A DNA stretch of 64,000 bases, taken from positions 806,001 to 870,000 of the forward strand of contig CM074817.1 of the NCBI GenBank assembly GCA_037447605.1, given 5' to 3'. How positions within the stretch are numbered: the stretch's first letter is position 1; each line of letters opens with the position of its first letter. Below are positions 1-12,246 of the stretch, piece after piece. The DNA comes from Zygnema circumcarinatum SAG 698-1b (taxonomy: Eukaryota; Plantae; Zygnematophyceae). The notes below the pieces were generated by a model. The model searched no databases and was not told where the DNA came from. It saw only the letters and a program-made list of their open reading frames with translations. The position numbers and the translations under genes are program-made.

Positions 1-1275
1 ATGCATATCGATGTTTGTATGCATGTGATTCTCAGCTCATGTGATGTCCACATTGTGGCATACATACATACTCAAATTGACTTAGTTTTTTCGGACTGTT
101 TTTTTTCGGACTGTTTTTTTATGAAGGCCAGTGGGTTCCTTCCAAAGGCTGGCACTGTTTCTAGGGACTGAACTGATAACGAGTGCCAAAGAAACCACCA
201 GGAAGAATGCCAACCGTTGGTTATCCCTTCGAGTGAATCTGGACCACTGGATGGCCATGCGTGGCCCAAACTCAATATAGACCCAAACTCCCAAACTTTG
301 TTTTCTCCAACATTCGCCGAAAAAATTCCACACTTGGACCGCAGTTTTGTTGCATTGCGACAAACCAAAAACAAGTATACCGGTGACATGAGAGAAAATT
401 CAAACCCTGATGTGCATCGGAAAAAAGGAGAAGGCTTAGGTCAAAGTGAAACCAGCATGACCTGCTCATAGAAACAGAAATGGTGATCAGTTCCACAAAA
501 AATTACTGTCAGGCTCGAGTTTAATATGAGGGCTTGCCAAAAATCTACTCAAAACCAACACATATAAACACACGCACTTCCTCCCGCCTCTCTCTCCCTC
601 CCCCCTCCCTCCCACCCCCTCTCTCCCTGCCCCTCTAGCTCTCTCTCCCTCCCCCTCTCGCCCCCTTCACCCTCTCACTCCCTCCCTCCCTCGCTCCCCC
701 TCTCCCTCTCCCTCCCCCTCTCGCCCCCTCCCCCGTCTCACTCCCTCCCTCTCTCCCCCTCTCCCTCCCCCTCTCACTCCTTCCCTCCCTCCCTCCCTCC
801 CTCCCCCACTCGCCTCCTCCCCCTCTCCTCTCTCCCTCCCTCCCTCCCTCCCCCTCTCCCTCCCCCTCTCGCCTCCTCCCCCCTCTCACTCCCTCCCTCC
901 CTCCCCCCCTCTTCCTCCTCCTCTCGCCTCCTCCCCCTCTCCCTCTCTCCCTCCCTCCCCTCCCTCTCTCGTGCCCGCGCCCACACATAGAAACTGCCGT
1001 ACAGTTGCACCATTTTAAGTTTTTCAGCATCCATCTTTGCCTCTCTCTGTTCAAAGGCCCTCAACATGAAAAAAGGAAAGACAATAAAAAGATCAAAGGC
1101 TGCACATCACATCTCTCCCCGATAACCTTAAACCCCAAACTCTGAACCCTGACGAACCCGTCTCTGTCGATCACGCCCGCCTCGCTAAAACCCTCGACCC
1201 TTATTGCCATGAAAAGCCCTAAAATTTGCGCCATTCCGACGGAAATCAGAGGCATCCGAAACTCCCGAAACAGCA

Positions 1276-1550
1276 AAACCCTAATTTCTTGAAAACCCTA
1301 AAAACCCTAAAACCCTACATACGCCAAAACCTACAAGGCCCAAAAAACAAAACCCCGATTCGGGATTTTTGGATTTCCGGGGGGTTCAGTATTCAAAGGG
1401 TTGCAGAAGCCCCTGAGCTTTTAGGGTTTTCCGAAGGGAGGGGAGGGGCGAGTGGTTAGGGTTCAGGGACCGGCAGGGCTTTAAGGTTTGAGGCCTTGCT
1501 GTGCATTGGAGGATATTGCAATTTGCGGTTTTAGGGTTTAGGGTTTTAGG
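1276..1550. promoter_or_regulatory. Telo-box (AAACCCTA/TAGGGTTT) cluster upstream of the LYR gene
   Basis: AAACCCTA at 1276, 1293, 1302 and 1310, and TAGGGTTT at about 1421 and 1532-1546, just before the ATG at 1571. Telo-boxes are established plant promoter/5'UTR elements of housekeeping genes. Function here is inferred. Confidence 0.5.
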
Positions 1551-1570
1551 CGGGTTCAGCGCCTCCTCGC

Positions 1571-1726
1571 ATGGGCGGGCGAGTGGGCGGAGGCGCGGGG
1601 CTGCAGACCTTCATTCTGAGAGCTCGATCCATGGCGCTGTTCCGTGCTGCGCTACGGACGGCCAGGAGGGCGCCTGAAGGGGGGCGAGGTCAGACATCTC
1701 TCTCTCTTTCTCTCTCTCTCTCTCTG

Positions 1727-1762
<36 letters not shown>

Positions 1763-1779
1763 TACCTCTCTCTACCTCG

Positions 1780-1812
<33 letters not shown>

Positions 1813-2445
1813 ACTACCTCTCTAACTCTCTCTCTCTCGCTCTCTCTCTCTCATCCTTGTCTCGCTTTCCCCAGTCTTCTCCTCCCGACCTCTACTTATA
1901 TTTGTATCTCACAACTGATCGACATTCTAACCCCCTCAGAATTCATGCTCTCATTTATTTTCAAGCTCACATCCACACTTCGAAAGGAAACGAAAAACTA
2001 AAAATTCAAAATACAACTCGTAATGATCATCAACCGGCACAACCGTGTCCATTCATCTAAGCCCTTCGCTGGTCCCATCTTCTATCTTTCCTTTTCCAAA
2101 AGTGTGCAGCACTACTTTTAATCTATTTATGTTTTGTTGGGCCCTGGGGGTTGGTCTGCATTCCCAAAAACTTACCCCAAATTTCTACCCCATTTCTGCT
2201 AATTGCTCTTTCGTATTCCTGCATCTAAAAAAGTTTATTCTTCTCTTATATCGCCTGCAAAAAGCTTACACATCCGGCTGCTTTTGGGGCGCAATCCAGA
2301 GGAGTTGGCTCGCCAGATTCGCGCGGAGATGGAGAGGCACCGCCAGGAGGGAGACCCGCAGGCCGTCCGCTTCCTCCTCAGCGAAGGGAAGCAGCGCCTC
2401 AAGGAGCTGCAGACCATGCTCGGAATTCAAGGCCACGACTCATAA
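1571..2445 (+). CDS. LYRM2: Mitochondrial LYR-motif protein (LYRM2-like), 87 aa, 2 exons
   Basis: Exons 1571-1688 and 2300-2445, joined by a phase-1 GT-AG intron. Protein MGGRVGGGAGLQTFILRARSMALFRAALRTARRAP...EELARQIRAEMERHRQEGDPQAVRFLLSEGKQRLKELQTMLGIQGHDS. It has an LFR variant of the LYR motif and the typical IRxEME / IRFLLSEG pattern of plant LYRM2-like proteins. Confidence 0.85.
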
Positions 2446-3534
2446 CTTGGTCTTGTTTCGTTTTTTTTCTTTTTTTTTTTTGTGTACCTTTCTTAAAGTA
2501 GAAGCATGGCAAGTAGATTGGTTAAGGCATTCTGTTACTGCTAAGCTTCCTCTAAGGTTGTCGTCTGGCTCGACTTCCATATGCAACAAAAGTGTGTGTC
2601 TCTAAGTCTCTCTCCCTCCCTCCCTTACCCCCTTACCCCCCTTCGCCCTCGCCCTCTCACTCAGTCTCTCAACGGCAGAAAGCAGGATCTTCCAACAGAC
2701 GCACTCGCCAAAGAAATCCATTGCCGTTAGGGGGGGACATAATTGGAAATCAATTTGGAGAATCTGAATTGTGAATTGCTCGTAGATAGCATCGTTGTGG
2801 AAGGAATTAACATCTGAGACATAGAATCTGAGTTGTCCTCATTCTGCAGTACAAAGCAATAAATCATCCAACTCACCAAAACGACGATAGAGAAGTGGAA
2901 ATTTGAGGGACAGGAAGAGGAGAAGAGACAGGGAGAGGCAATGGGATGGGCGGACAGTGGAGGCAGAAACAGAAGCAAAGAGAGACGGGAAGGTAGCGGT
3001 CGAGGAAGACTCGGGCAAAGGGGCAGATACTGGCAGAGAGTGAGAGGCTGAGGAAAGGGGGAGAGAGAGGAGCGAGACAGGCCAAGAGAGGGAGCTCTCC
3101 GAGCAGCAGCGAGAGGGAAAGAAGAGAGGGAAAGGCCGCGAGAGAGTGAGAGAGTGAGAGAGAGCGAGAGACTTCGAATGGTGCAATCAGTTACTATTCA
3201 AAAGCGATCCTCTCAAGGAACCAGTGGTTAACCGAATCCCTCCCCTATACAGCGATGTACGGCTCTCTACAAGGCGTCCCCCTTCCTATGTTCCAATCAA
3301 CGTGATGTCGTCACTCTCAAATACAGACTCGCCTCCTGTTCCGTTTTATTTTCTTCCGATCAAAGAACAAAAACAAGCGTGTTTCTGCGCTCCCTGTCCC
3401 TCCCGCCCCAACTTCTCCAGCTCTCACTACTTCTCTCTCATTTACTGCCTACTGCTGCTTGACATTTCACACACTTCCAACACCCGCTTTCTCTGACGAC
3501 CAGGTACAGTCGACAAAAGTGTGACCACTATCTC

Positions 3535-6500
3535 CTATAAAGAGAGCTCTACCACTTCCTGTGCATGTCCTCCATCTCTCACGTCTCTCTTTCCTTCACT
3601 CTCACCTTTCACCTCCACATGTCCCTCTCCCTTTCCCTCTCTCTCTCCATCTCCATCTCCCTCTCCCTCTCCCTCTCCATCTCCATCTCCATCTCCCTCT
3701 TCCTCTCCCTCTCCCTCTTCCTCTCGATCTCCATCTCTCTCTCCATCTCCATCTCCATCTCCATCTCCATCTCCATCACCCTCTCCATCTCCCTCTTCCT
3801 CTCCCACTTCCTCTCCCTCTTCCTCTCCCTCTTCCTCTCCTACTTCCTCTACCTCGCTCACTACTCTTTTACCATCTCTCCTTTGCCTCTTCACATCTTG
3901 GCCGTTTTCTTGCTTTACTTCCTTCGGTTCGGCCTTAATGGAGGTTTCGACTTTGGGCCCATCGTAGTGTTGTAAAAAAAGTGAAGATTGGTTCTTTTGC
4001 AGAAACCTGAACATTTAGAAGGGGAGAACAAGGGAGAGAATGAGAGAGAAAGGGAGAGACATCGAAGGGGGAGAAGAACGGAGAGAGAGTGACAGCCGAG
4101 AGGGAGGGAGTGATAGAGTGGAGAGGAGAGAGTGCAGAAGGGCACGCAGACAGAAAAAGGGGGGGGGGGAGAGAGGGAGAGTGACAGAAAGTGAGTGAGA
4201 GTAGCCGGGAGAAGAATGTTACTCACTTGAGAAATTCAGTCAACTTTTGTACCAAAAGAGTGAGGGTTTCATCTTCCATCTGAATGTACGAGAGGAGTTC
4301 GGGCAATTTGACTGCATGAAAAAGTGCACCACAGCAAAAAGTCAGAGAAATGAGAATAAGTTTCACAGCGTGACTCCCACCATAGAAATGTGAGATTGAA
4401 GGTATGCTTGGCAGGAAAAATCCCAAAACTGGCGTTAAGCGGCCGCAAAAAGTGAGCCTTAAAAAAACCCTCCAATGGAACCAAAAAAGACCCTCAACAT
4501 GAGCCTAAAGGAAGCCTTAAAAATTGGAGCCCAAAATGGAAACCACCACTACCCCCCCCCCCTCTTCCCCCCCCCCTCTCTCCCCCCTTCCAAAAGAAAA
4601 TGGGCCTGAAAAAGGCCCTCAAAATGAGCCCAAAACGAAGTCCGTAGTCCGTAGTACAACATGGGCCTATATAGCAAGCTTATCCAATCTATCAAGTAAG
4701 GAGGGGGGGGGGGGGGGGGGGGCAAGCACTGACTGAAGAGCCGCAGGAGGTGCTCCGCTCCGTACACTTCCGCGGGCGTGCGCGCAGAGCCCTCCGGCAG
4801 GGCCTGCGCGTACTGCGACCGCTCCTGCTTGTACAGGAGGATGGCGGGGAGGGCGCGGTCGAAGTACGACCGCAGCCCGTGGGCCACCTCCGCCGTGTTG
4901 TCGTTGCCGCTGGAGGGAGGGAGGGGAGGGAGGGAGGGAGGGGAGGGAGGGAGGGAAGGGAGGGAGGAAAGTGGGGAGGGGGAGGGGGAGGGAGGGAGGG
5001 AGGGAGGTGGGGAGGTGGGGGGGGAGGGAGGAGGAGGGAGGGGAGGGAGGGAGGTGGGGAGGGGGGGGGGGGCGGGAGGGGGAGGGGAGGAAGGGAGGTG
5101 GGGAGGGGGAGGGGGAGGGAGGGAGGGAGGAAAGGGAGGGGAGGGAGGGAGGAAGGGAGGAGGGGGGGAGGAGGGAGGAAGGAGGAGAGGGAGGGAGGGA
5201 GGGAAGAGGGGAGGGAGGAGGGGAGGGAGGAGGGAGCGGGGGAGGGGGGGGGAAGGAAGAGAGGGAAGGGGGAGCGAGAGACACACGGAGAGAGAGGAAG
5301 AAAGAGAGAGGGGAGGCAGACAGACGAGGGGGGAAGGAAGAGTTTAGGGTTGGAATTGAGGGATGTGTGAGGGTGTTCTAGATGTTCAAATCAGCAACAT
5401 ATGAAAACCCCACTTGAGAGAGGCAGAGGAAAATTGAGGAACGGGTTTGAATGGAATTGGGAATAAAAGGGTAGAACCAACCCCGCATCCCCTCCACCCC
5501 TCCCCCCTCCCCAAAAAAACGAGAAAACGAGGACATTCTATACAGAAATAGATAAATAAATGTATCACCTGCTATCTCTTTTCGACTTGGCCTGCAGATA
5601 CTTTTGGAGTACATCCGCCACCGTGGGGTTTCTTGGAAGCTTCACAAGCTGCCACCACATAATAGGCCCACACTCGTAAGAATTACACAATGTACTTAAA
5701 AAACGATAAGGAGAAAATGATAGTAACAGAACAGAGTATACGCATCAAGAGGAGGCCAGCAGTTGGTCAGCAAAATATGGAGAATGATTGAAATGTTCAA
5801 ATCATGGTGTTCCCTTGTTGAAATTTTGGGAGTTTCAATTTTCTGGAGACCTTAAATTGATTGCAAATTCACTTATTAAGTTATGGACGGGTATAGTAAG
5901 ACCGATTCTTTGGCTAGGGAGAGGCGTATACTGGGTCATATGAGAAGGACTAAAAATCCTTCAGAATTTTTTTTCAAGGGAATACGATTGCACGCCTTTC
6001 AAAGTCCTTTCTGAGGGAATGATTGCCCATACTATTTTTTTCCTTTACCTGCCCGTCCTGCGTGATTATCCGCCAGTCGTTCACGAGCTGCTTTTTTAAA
6101 GAGGCGGGCAGCGGAATTTTCACCAGTTCCTCTTGAGATGATTCTTTTTCTTCCTGCGATTCAACATTCGATCGGGTCACATGAGAAAAAAATGAAACTT
6201 CCATTTTCCACTTTCTACTTCTTCAATTTTCATTTTTCACAAGGAAAGTTGTGGCGAGTCTCACTTCTGGGGGTGCCTCAGCCTTTCTTTTTCGACCTCT
6301 CCCGCCTGCAAGAGGAATACAAACTGAAATTAAGAACCTAATCGAGAGAGAGAGAGAGAGAGTGACGGGAGAGAGAGAGGGAGATGTACAAGATCCATAG
6401 TTATTACATCAGGAGGAGAAAAAAGACACACTCTTTTGTGACTAAAGCACAAATATAAGAGTGAATGCGTCGAGCTGGGAAGGGAGAGGCAGACAGAGAG

Positions 6501-9360
6501 GGGCCGAGGAGCAAGAGGTCGAGAAGAGAAAGGGAGGAGAGACCATCAAATGCCAAGGTAAAAGAGCAAAGTCGATATCAAATTGCTTTCTTTACCTGTT
6601 GACACTTTTTCATCATCCTCCTCCTTCACATCACTCGGGCGTCCCCCTGTACATCACCTCCACATAAAGTAAATAAAATCAAGTTAACAAGCAGATCAAC
6701 CGCAAAAACTATGACCACAATCCCTGAAACTGCGAATGTCGGAACATAAGAACCCAAGAATTCTAGGGGGCAGAGGCGAGAGAGAGGGAGTGGGAGACAG
6801 AGAGGAGAGACAGGGTGGGAGAGACGGATGAGGATGCATGCAGGAAAGAACGCTTGCAATAACTGGCAAGGAGAGGAGCGATAAACGAAAGGAATATGGG
6901 CGAAAGAGTGATGGAGTGAGGGGATTTGCGCTAGGTTTAAGAGGGAGAGGGAGAGTGGAGGAGAGGGAGAGGGAGAGATAAGTGACCATCGCTAGCTAAT
7001 CCTTTTCAATAAATCTTCTCCAGCACGATTTCAATCAGTAAACGGCAAAAGACTCGACGAATGACAAAGCCTCTCCCACCGGAAACCCTAAAGGAGACTC
7101 AGCCACGAAATATTTCAAACCTACCCCTTCCCCTCCCTGCGGATGCGGTCCCTCCTTTCCCCGCGCTTTTCCTCCGGTCCGGCGTCTTCTCTCGCATGAG
7201 CTTCGCCTTCATCGCTGAGTTCACATCATTCTCTTTCAGAAGGCGTTCCTTGCCGACCCATTCGTCCCAACTGAACGGAAGAGTTGCATATGGAAGGGCA
7301 AAGGAAAGGCATGTGTGAGAGAGCGAATGTCAGGGAGAGAGATAGCACATCGGAGTGAGGGCATACTTCAGAGTGAGAGAGAGAGCGAGAAAGAGAGAAT
7401 GCTTGTGAAGGGAGAGCATGCAGGAGACAGCATATCCGAGGGAGAATGTCACAGGGAAAGAGAGAATAGCAGAGTAAGTAGAGAATTGTCAGAGAGAAAG
7501 AGCATGCATATGAGAGAGAGAGAGAATATCAGAGCGAGGGAAAGAGCATCTCAATTTAGAATCGATGAGAATCACGAAGAATCCCAAAGGCGCATTGCAA
7601 TGCATAAAACAAATAAACAAAAGAATCAAGCTAATAGAGACGGGAAAAAAGGGAGGGAAAATAGATTTTGGTGGTTCGGTCTTTAATAAATTAGGGTTTC
7701 CGAGAAGCGGTTTAGACAAACTGAGGTTACAATTTCCTTACCTTTTGCTCCAACCCTGCAGCCCACGCACAATAACAAAAAAGAGAAAAAAAAATTACTC
7801 TCAAAAGCGTTGAAGTGCCAACACATCGAAAAACCCCACGACATAGAAAACCTAAAAACCTGAAGACGCTTTCTTTGAAAGTACACAGGAAGTACAGAAA
7901 GTACAGTTCAGAACGTACTGTGGCAAAAAGTGAAAGCGTTAGGATACTACCAACAATGATAGTAAACAAATTTATATAGTTCAAGAAGTTACGGATAATG
8001 GTTGTTGTGAGAGAGTAAGGAGACAGGGAGAGAGGAAACGAGTATGCGAGTATTTTAATATCTTGCAAAAAATGGGTATCTCTCAGAAATTTGGAATACC
8101 CACCGAGTAATGAATGTTGAACTTCCAACCATCGGCTCGAAGCTCCACTTTCTGGACCTGCAGGGACGAGATAAGGAGAAGAGTACATTATTGAAGAAAA
8201 CGGAAACCTGGGAAGGATAGAGGGGGGGGGAGAGAGCGAGAGAGAGGATGAGGGAGATAAGAGGCGGGCAGAGAGTCGGAAGCCAGAAAGAGATGGAGGA
8301 AGGAGAGAGAGAGAGCGAGAGAGGATGGAGGGAAGAGTGAGGAAGGAAAAGGAGGGGAAAAGGAAGGGATGGAGGAAGGAGAGAAAGGGAGAGAGGAGGG
8401 AAAAAAGGGGGAGCCAAGAAGGGAGAGAGGAGGGACGAGAGGGGAAGGAAAACAAGCGGAGCCAGGAAGTGAGAGAGGAAGGCGAGCAAGAGAGAGAGTA
8501 GGGAGGAGAGAGGGAAGGACGGGAACGAGGCAGAGAAAGGTAAGGAACGAGGAGTGGAAGAGAGGGAGGGGGAGAGCGAATGAGGGCAGTAGGGAGAGGA
8601 AGGGGCGAGAAAGGCGGAGAGCGACGGCGAAGAAGGGAGAGAGGGGGAGAAGGAGGGGGGGGCGAGGGAGGGAGGAGTGGGGAAGGGAGGAAAGAGAAAG
8701 GGAGGGAGGGAGAGGGAGAGAGATAGACGGGAGGGGCGGGAGAGGGAACGAGGATGAGAGGAGAGGGAGGGGAGACGAACACACAAGAGGTGGAGGGAAA
8801 CGTGAGGGAGAGGTGAGGGGCAAAAGCGGAGCGAGGGAGTGAAAGCAGCGGTAAAGAAGGGAAAGTGAGAGAGAGAGGAGGGAATGAGGGAAAAAGAGGG
8901 AGTTGGGGAGGAATGGAAAGATGGAGGAGGCCATGAGGGAGGGAGGGAGGGAGGGAGGGAGGGAGGGAGAGGGAGAGAGGCCAAAACAAATATTGCTTAT
9001 CGAAGCGAGCTACAATTCGAGCAATATTGAAGGCACTCTTGACCAAACCAAACCCTAAAATAGTCGGGAGGGTAGGAATGAATTAAGCGATAAACAAGAA
9101 TTTTAACTCTTATTGATAACGATAACTAAAAAAGTAAATAATTATTTTTCCAAGTACACGAATGCAACCAATTTTATGGGTTCAGGAGAAACCTTGGCGT
9201 CGTAAATGAGTGGCCCGTGGTAGGCAAAGACCTTCTCTCCCTCCACGAAGGCAGGGCCTTCCTTCTCCCTCTCCCTCTCCCTCTCCTTCTCTCCCCCCCT
9301 CTCTCTCTCCTTGTCTTTCTCCGACTTTCCAACAAAAGACTCCGCCTTCACAGCCGCCAT
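3535..9360 (-). CDS. MRG1: MRG family chromatin reader (MRG1/MRG2, EAF3/MRG15 homolog): Tudor-knot/chromo-barrel plus MRG domain, ~463 aa, 11 exons
   Basis: Minus-strand exons 9360-9193, 8157-8104, 7755-7742, 7270-7125, 6646-6596, 6305-6265, 6153-6049, 5648-5569, 4909-4734, 4311-4227 and 4006-3535; all GT-AG and in frame. Motifs FVEGEKVFAYHGPLIYDAKVQKVE..HYSGWSKSWDEWV, KIPLPASLKKQLVNDW, LVKLPRNPTV, GLRSYFDRALPAILLYKQER, VYGAEHLLRLFIKLPELL and FLKFLQKN. The 3' end of the last exon is less certain. Confidence 0.92.
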
Positions 9361-9421
9361 GACCGACTGCTTTGGAGACCGACTCGACTGAGAGGGCGGG
9401 AAATTGGAGGGATTTGGGATG

Positions 9422-9458
<37 letters not shown>

Positions 9459-10479
9459 GGGTGAAGGGAGGGGAGTGAGAGAGGGGGAGGGAGAGGGAGG
9501 GAGAGGGCGAGGATAGGGAGAGAGACAGAGACCGAGTGGCAATGGATACCCTAAAGCGATGGAACTGACGGAGCGGAGCGGAGGTACAGAAACAGCTCCG
9601 TAGCTGCTTCGTAGGCTCGGGGACGGTTCGGAAAAGGCTCGACTTATTTGGGGATAGGCTCGGAGTACGTTCGGGATGGGTTTGGCATAGACTCAAATTT
9701 TAGTTCAAGGGGTGAGGCTGGCTCGGGTTTGGTCCGGCATACGTTCGGGCGGCCGTCCTGGTTTTGAAAAAGGAAAAAAAACCGCGAAAGCGAGGCATGA
9801 GCTCGGGCTTAGGTCAGGTTCAGATTCGGTGTAGGCCGGGAACTTCGTACAATCTTCTGTTTGCAACTTACAAACTTGAGTTTGTACGGATAAGCTGGCA
9901 ATTTGAAAACCTCTAAACCTAAACGTAAGCCTAAATTTGAAATTAGTTTAAGTCGTTTTTAGACAAGGATGCGAGCAATATGTGATGACGTGGTCGCGTC
10001 CCATTGGCTGAAAAAGTCAAAATGTCTAATTTTATTAGCCTCACAAGTGTGAGGTTTCAGCAGAGGGAGTGATGTTTGATTGAACTCACGATGGCAAGGC
10101 CATTAAATGCAGCATTCGACAGCCACGTAGGATTAAACTGCAACTGCAAGAACGGCGTTACATGTGAAGGCCCGTCGTCTGTTACTATTACTGGAAATAC
10201 TGAACATATGATTTGCGAACGGTTAAGAAAAAAAAAAAGGGGGGGGGCAGTGAATAAAACTTGGGTTCGCCGGTTGCAAACTTTCCGCCTCGGTTTGCAA
10301 CTCCTGAGCATTTACCAGCTGATGAAAGGTCGAACCATGAAAAGGCTCCCAATTTATGGCCAAAATTTTCGATAGCCATGGCTAAACTCCTAGAGGGCGA
10401 ACCTTAGTCATTTTAGTCACGTCAGAATGATCAAATGAAATGAAATGAAGTTGTGGGTCGGAGCTTTGGAAGGGCTGCG

Positions 10480-10735
10480 ACCATTTGTTGTCGATCTAAC
10501 CAATTATTGGCAATGGTTCCAACCTTTGGATTCAAGGATGCCAGCCATTGGCAATGGGCTTTGGATGAACGATTGGAACGGTCGCGACCATTCGTTCGAC
10601 CCAACCAACCATTGGCAATGTTTTCCACCCTTTGGACTCAAGGATGCCAACCATTGGCAATAGTCTGGAGTCTGCGCTATTGGATGTTGCCAATGGTTGT
10701 CAACCGTTGGATGGCCAATAGTTGGCTACAACGGC
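10480..10735. repeat. CCAACCATTGGCAATGG-type palindromic motif array
   Basis: Repeated CCATTGG / CCAATGG / CAACCATTGG units in both orientations. Similar arrays occur at ~58300-58400 and ~60860-61070. Confidence 0.6.
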
Positions 10736-11162
10736 TCGACCTCGACCTGTACTTTGTCGCTTTGTGTCTCCGCCCTCGCCTGCCTGTGACGTGACAACTG
10801 AATTGCGCCAGCGTGGCAGCAGAGGACCATTCCGGGGCAAGGTCTGGCCAATCCATTTTTGCCACGTGACACAATTTGGCACAATCCGTCGACACCAAAG
10901 TCTTGACTCCGACCTCGCTGGACAAGCGTTGACTGAACCGATTTTTTGTACGGTAATGTACGGAATAAGGATGTACGGATGATGTGGCATCCCTTACTGT
11001 ACATATCCTCCAAATGATGTGGTCGGATTCGTAAACATCACACATCTTGCTATTATCACTTTTGTACATGTATGTTGGACAACTTTCCGGAAAGAAAGTG
11101 ATGTGCGGAAAGTGATGAAGCGATAAATCACATCACTTTTTAAGCAATTCCCCTATCCGTAC

Positions 11163-12246
11163 TAGGGATGGATTAGTTACGATTATATGTTATATATTAT
11201 ATTATACAACTGTGACGAATAGATAACGGCTGATATATATTAATTTACAACGCCTTTACAACATGTACGGTCGTACGGTCGTACAACTGTACGGTATTAT
11301 GTGGCCCGAGCACGAGCAGACAGAAAACCAGACGAACGCATTTCGCAACGCCAACGCCAAAACGACCTAATTTTGGTATGGTACTACCGTACGACCGTAC
11401 GGTAGTACGGTCGTTAATTGTTCAAAACGAGTGGGTATAATATATGTAATAAAGTGATTTACTTTGTAATATATTACTAATTTTAAACCCGTTGTAAAGG
11501 GGGCGACTATTTACAGTGTACGGATTCTGAATGTAGTGTACGATTTCGCCGGGCAGCAAAAAAATCATTTTTTTGGTTGCCCGGCGCTGTTTCATACTTT
11601 TTAGAATAGATACAGATCTTTTTCATCGGATGTACGGATAGTGATTTGAAATGTACGAAGCGCGCGCGTCTACAAGGTATAAGGGCGCAACACGTGGAGC
11701 AACATGATTGGTCGCGGCAACATATGACGTGACAAGTATGTTTGGGACCGTGACGTGACGAAACGAGACGCGACAAAAGTGGAGTCCGCGGACGGCAGTC
11801 GGAAATGGCGGGAATAAAAACTGACAGATTTTTCCTGAAACACGCTACGTTATGTGCCCTATCTTTTTCTGTCAGTTTTAATTCCGGCCATTTCCGACTG
11901 CCGTCCGCGGACTCCACTTTTTTCGCGTCTCGTTTCGTCACGTCACAGTCCCAAACATACTTGCCACGTCATATGTTGCCGCGACCAATCATGTTGCTCC
12001 ACGTGGTGCGCCCTTATACCTTGTAGACGCGCGCGCTTCGTACATTTCAAATCACTATCCGTACATCCGATGAAAAAGGTCTGTATCTATTCTAGAAAGT
12101 ATGAAACAGCGCCGGGCAACCAAGAAAAGGATTTTTTTGCTGCCCGGCGAAATCGTACACTACATTCAGAATCCGTACACTGTAAATAGTCGCCCCCGTT
12201 GTAAATTATATAATATATTCGGAATTTATAACGCGGGCCATCCCTA
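11163..12246. mobile_element. Non-autonomous hAT (Ac/Ds-like) MITE, interrupted by a foldback element
   Basis: 9-bp TIRs TAGGGATGG (11163-11171) and CCATCCCTA (12238-12246), resembling the Ac/Ds TAGGGATG terminus. Perfect 8-bp TSD ATCCGTAC at 11155-11162 and 12247-12254. Subterminal CGTACGGT/ACCGTACG repeats. No transposase ORF. Confidence 0.85.
11499..12197. mobile_element. Foldback / long-TIR MITE (699 bp, near-perfect hairpin), probably Mutator-like
   Basis: Arms 11499-11828 and 11868-12197 (330 bp each) are near-perfect reverse complements around a 39-bp spacer. Ends GGGGGCGACT...AGTCGCCCCC. Flanking direct repeat GTTGTAAA at 11491-11498 and 12198-12205 (9 bp CGTTGTAAA if the right end is 12196). 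Confidence 0.9.

Noticed and set aside
72-1276. Possible minus-strand gene divergent from the LYR gene (MDAEKLKM... at ~1033; MAIQWSRF...TM-like segment at ~255)
   Set aside because: Splice-like signals exist, but no frame-consistent model or recognisable family could be built. It may be the 5' UTR of a gene extending beyond the window.
2727-2847. Putative minus-strand terminal exon NEDNSDSMSQ...NYVPP*
   Set aside because: There is a good acceptor but no upstream exon can be assigned with confidence. It is kept only as an alternative MRG1 ending.
7727-9046. 439-aa and overlapping Pro/Ser/Leu-rich or Glu/Arg/Gly-rich ORFs (also 16391-18029, 22789-23978, 26887-27984, 28041-29151, 47490-48712, 58999-59722)
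   Set aside because: They lie in introns of the reconstructed genes and consist of CT/GA tracts that lack stop codons in several frames at once. Only short embedded segments are real exons.
11507-12189. Two near-identical ORFs on opposite strands (144 aa and 111 aa)
   Set aside because: This is a by-product of the foldback element's inverted arms. There are no transposase or other protein motifs.
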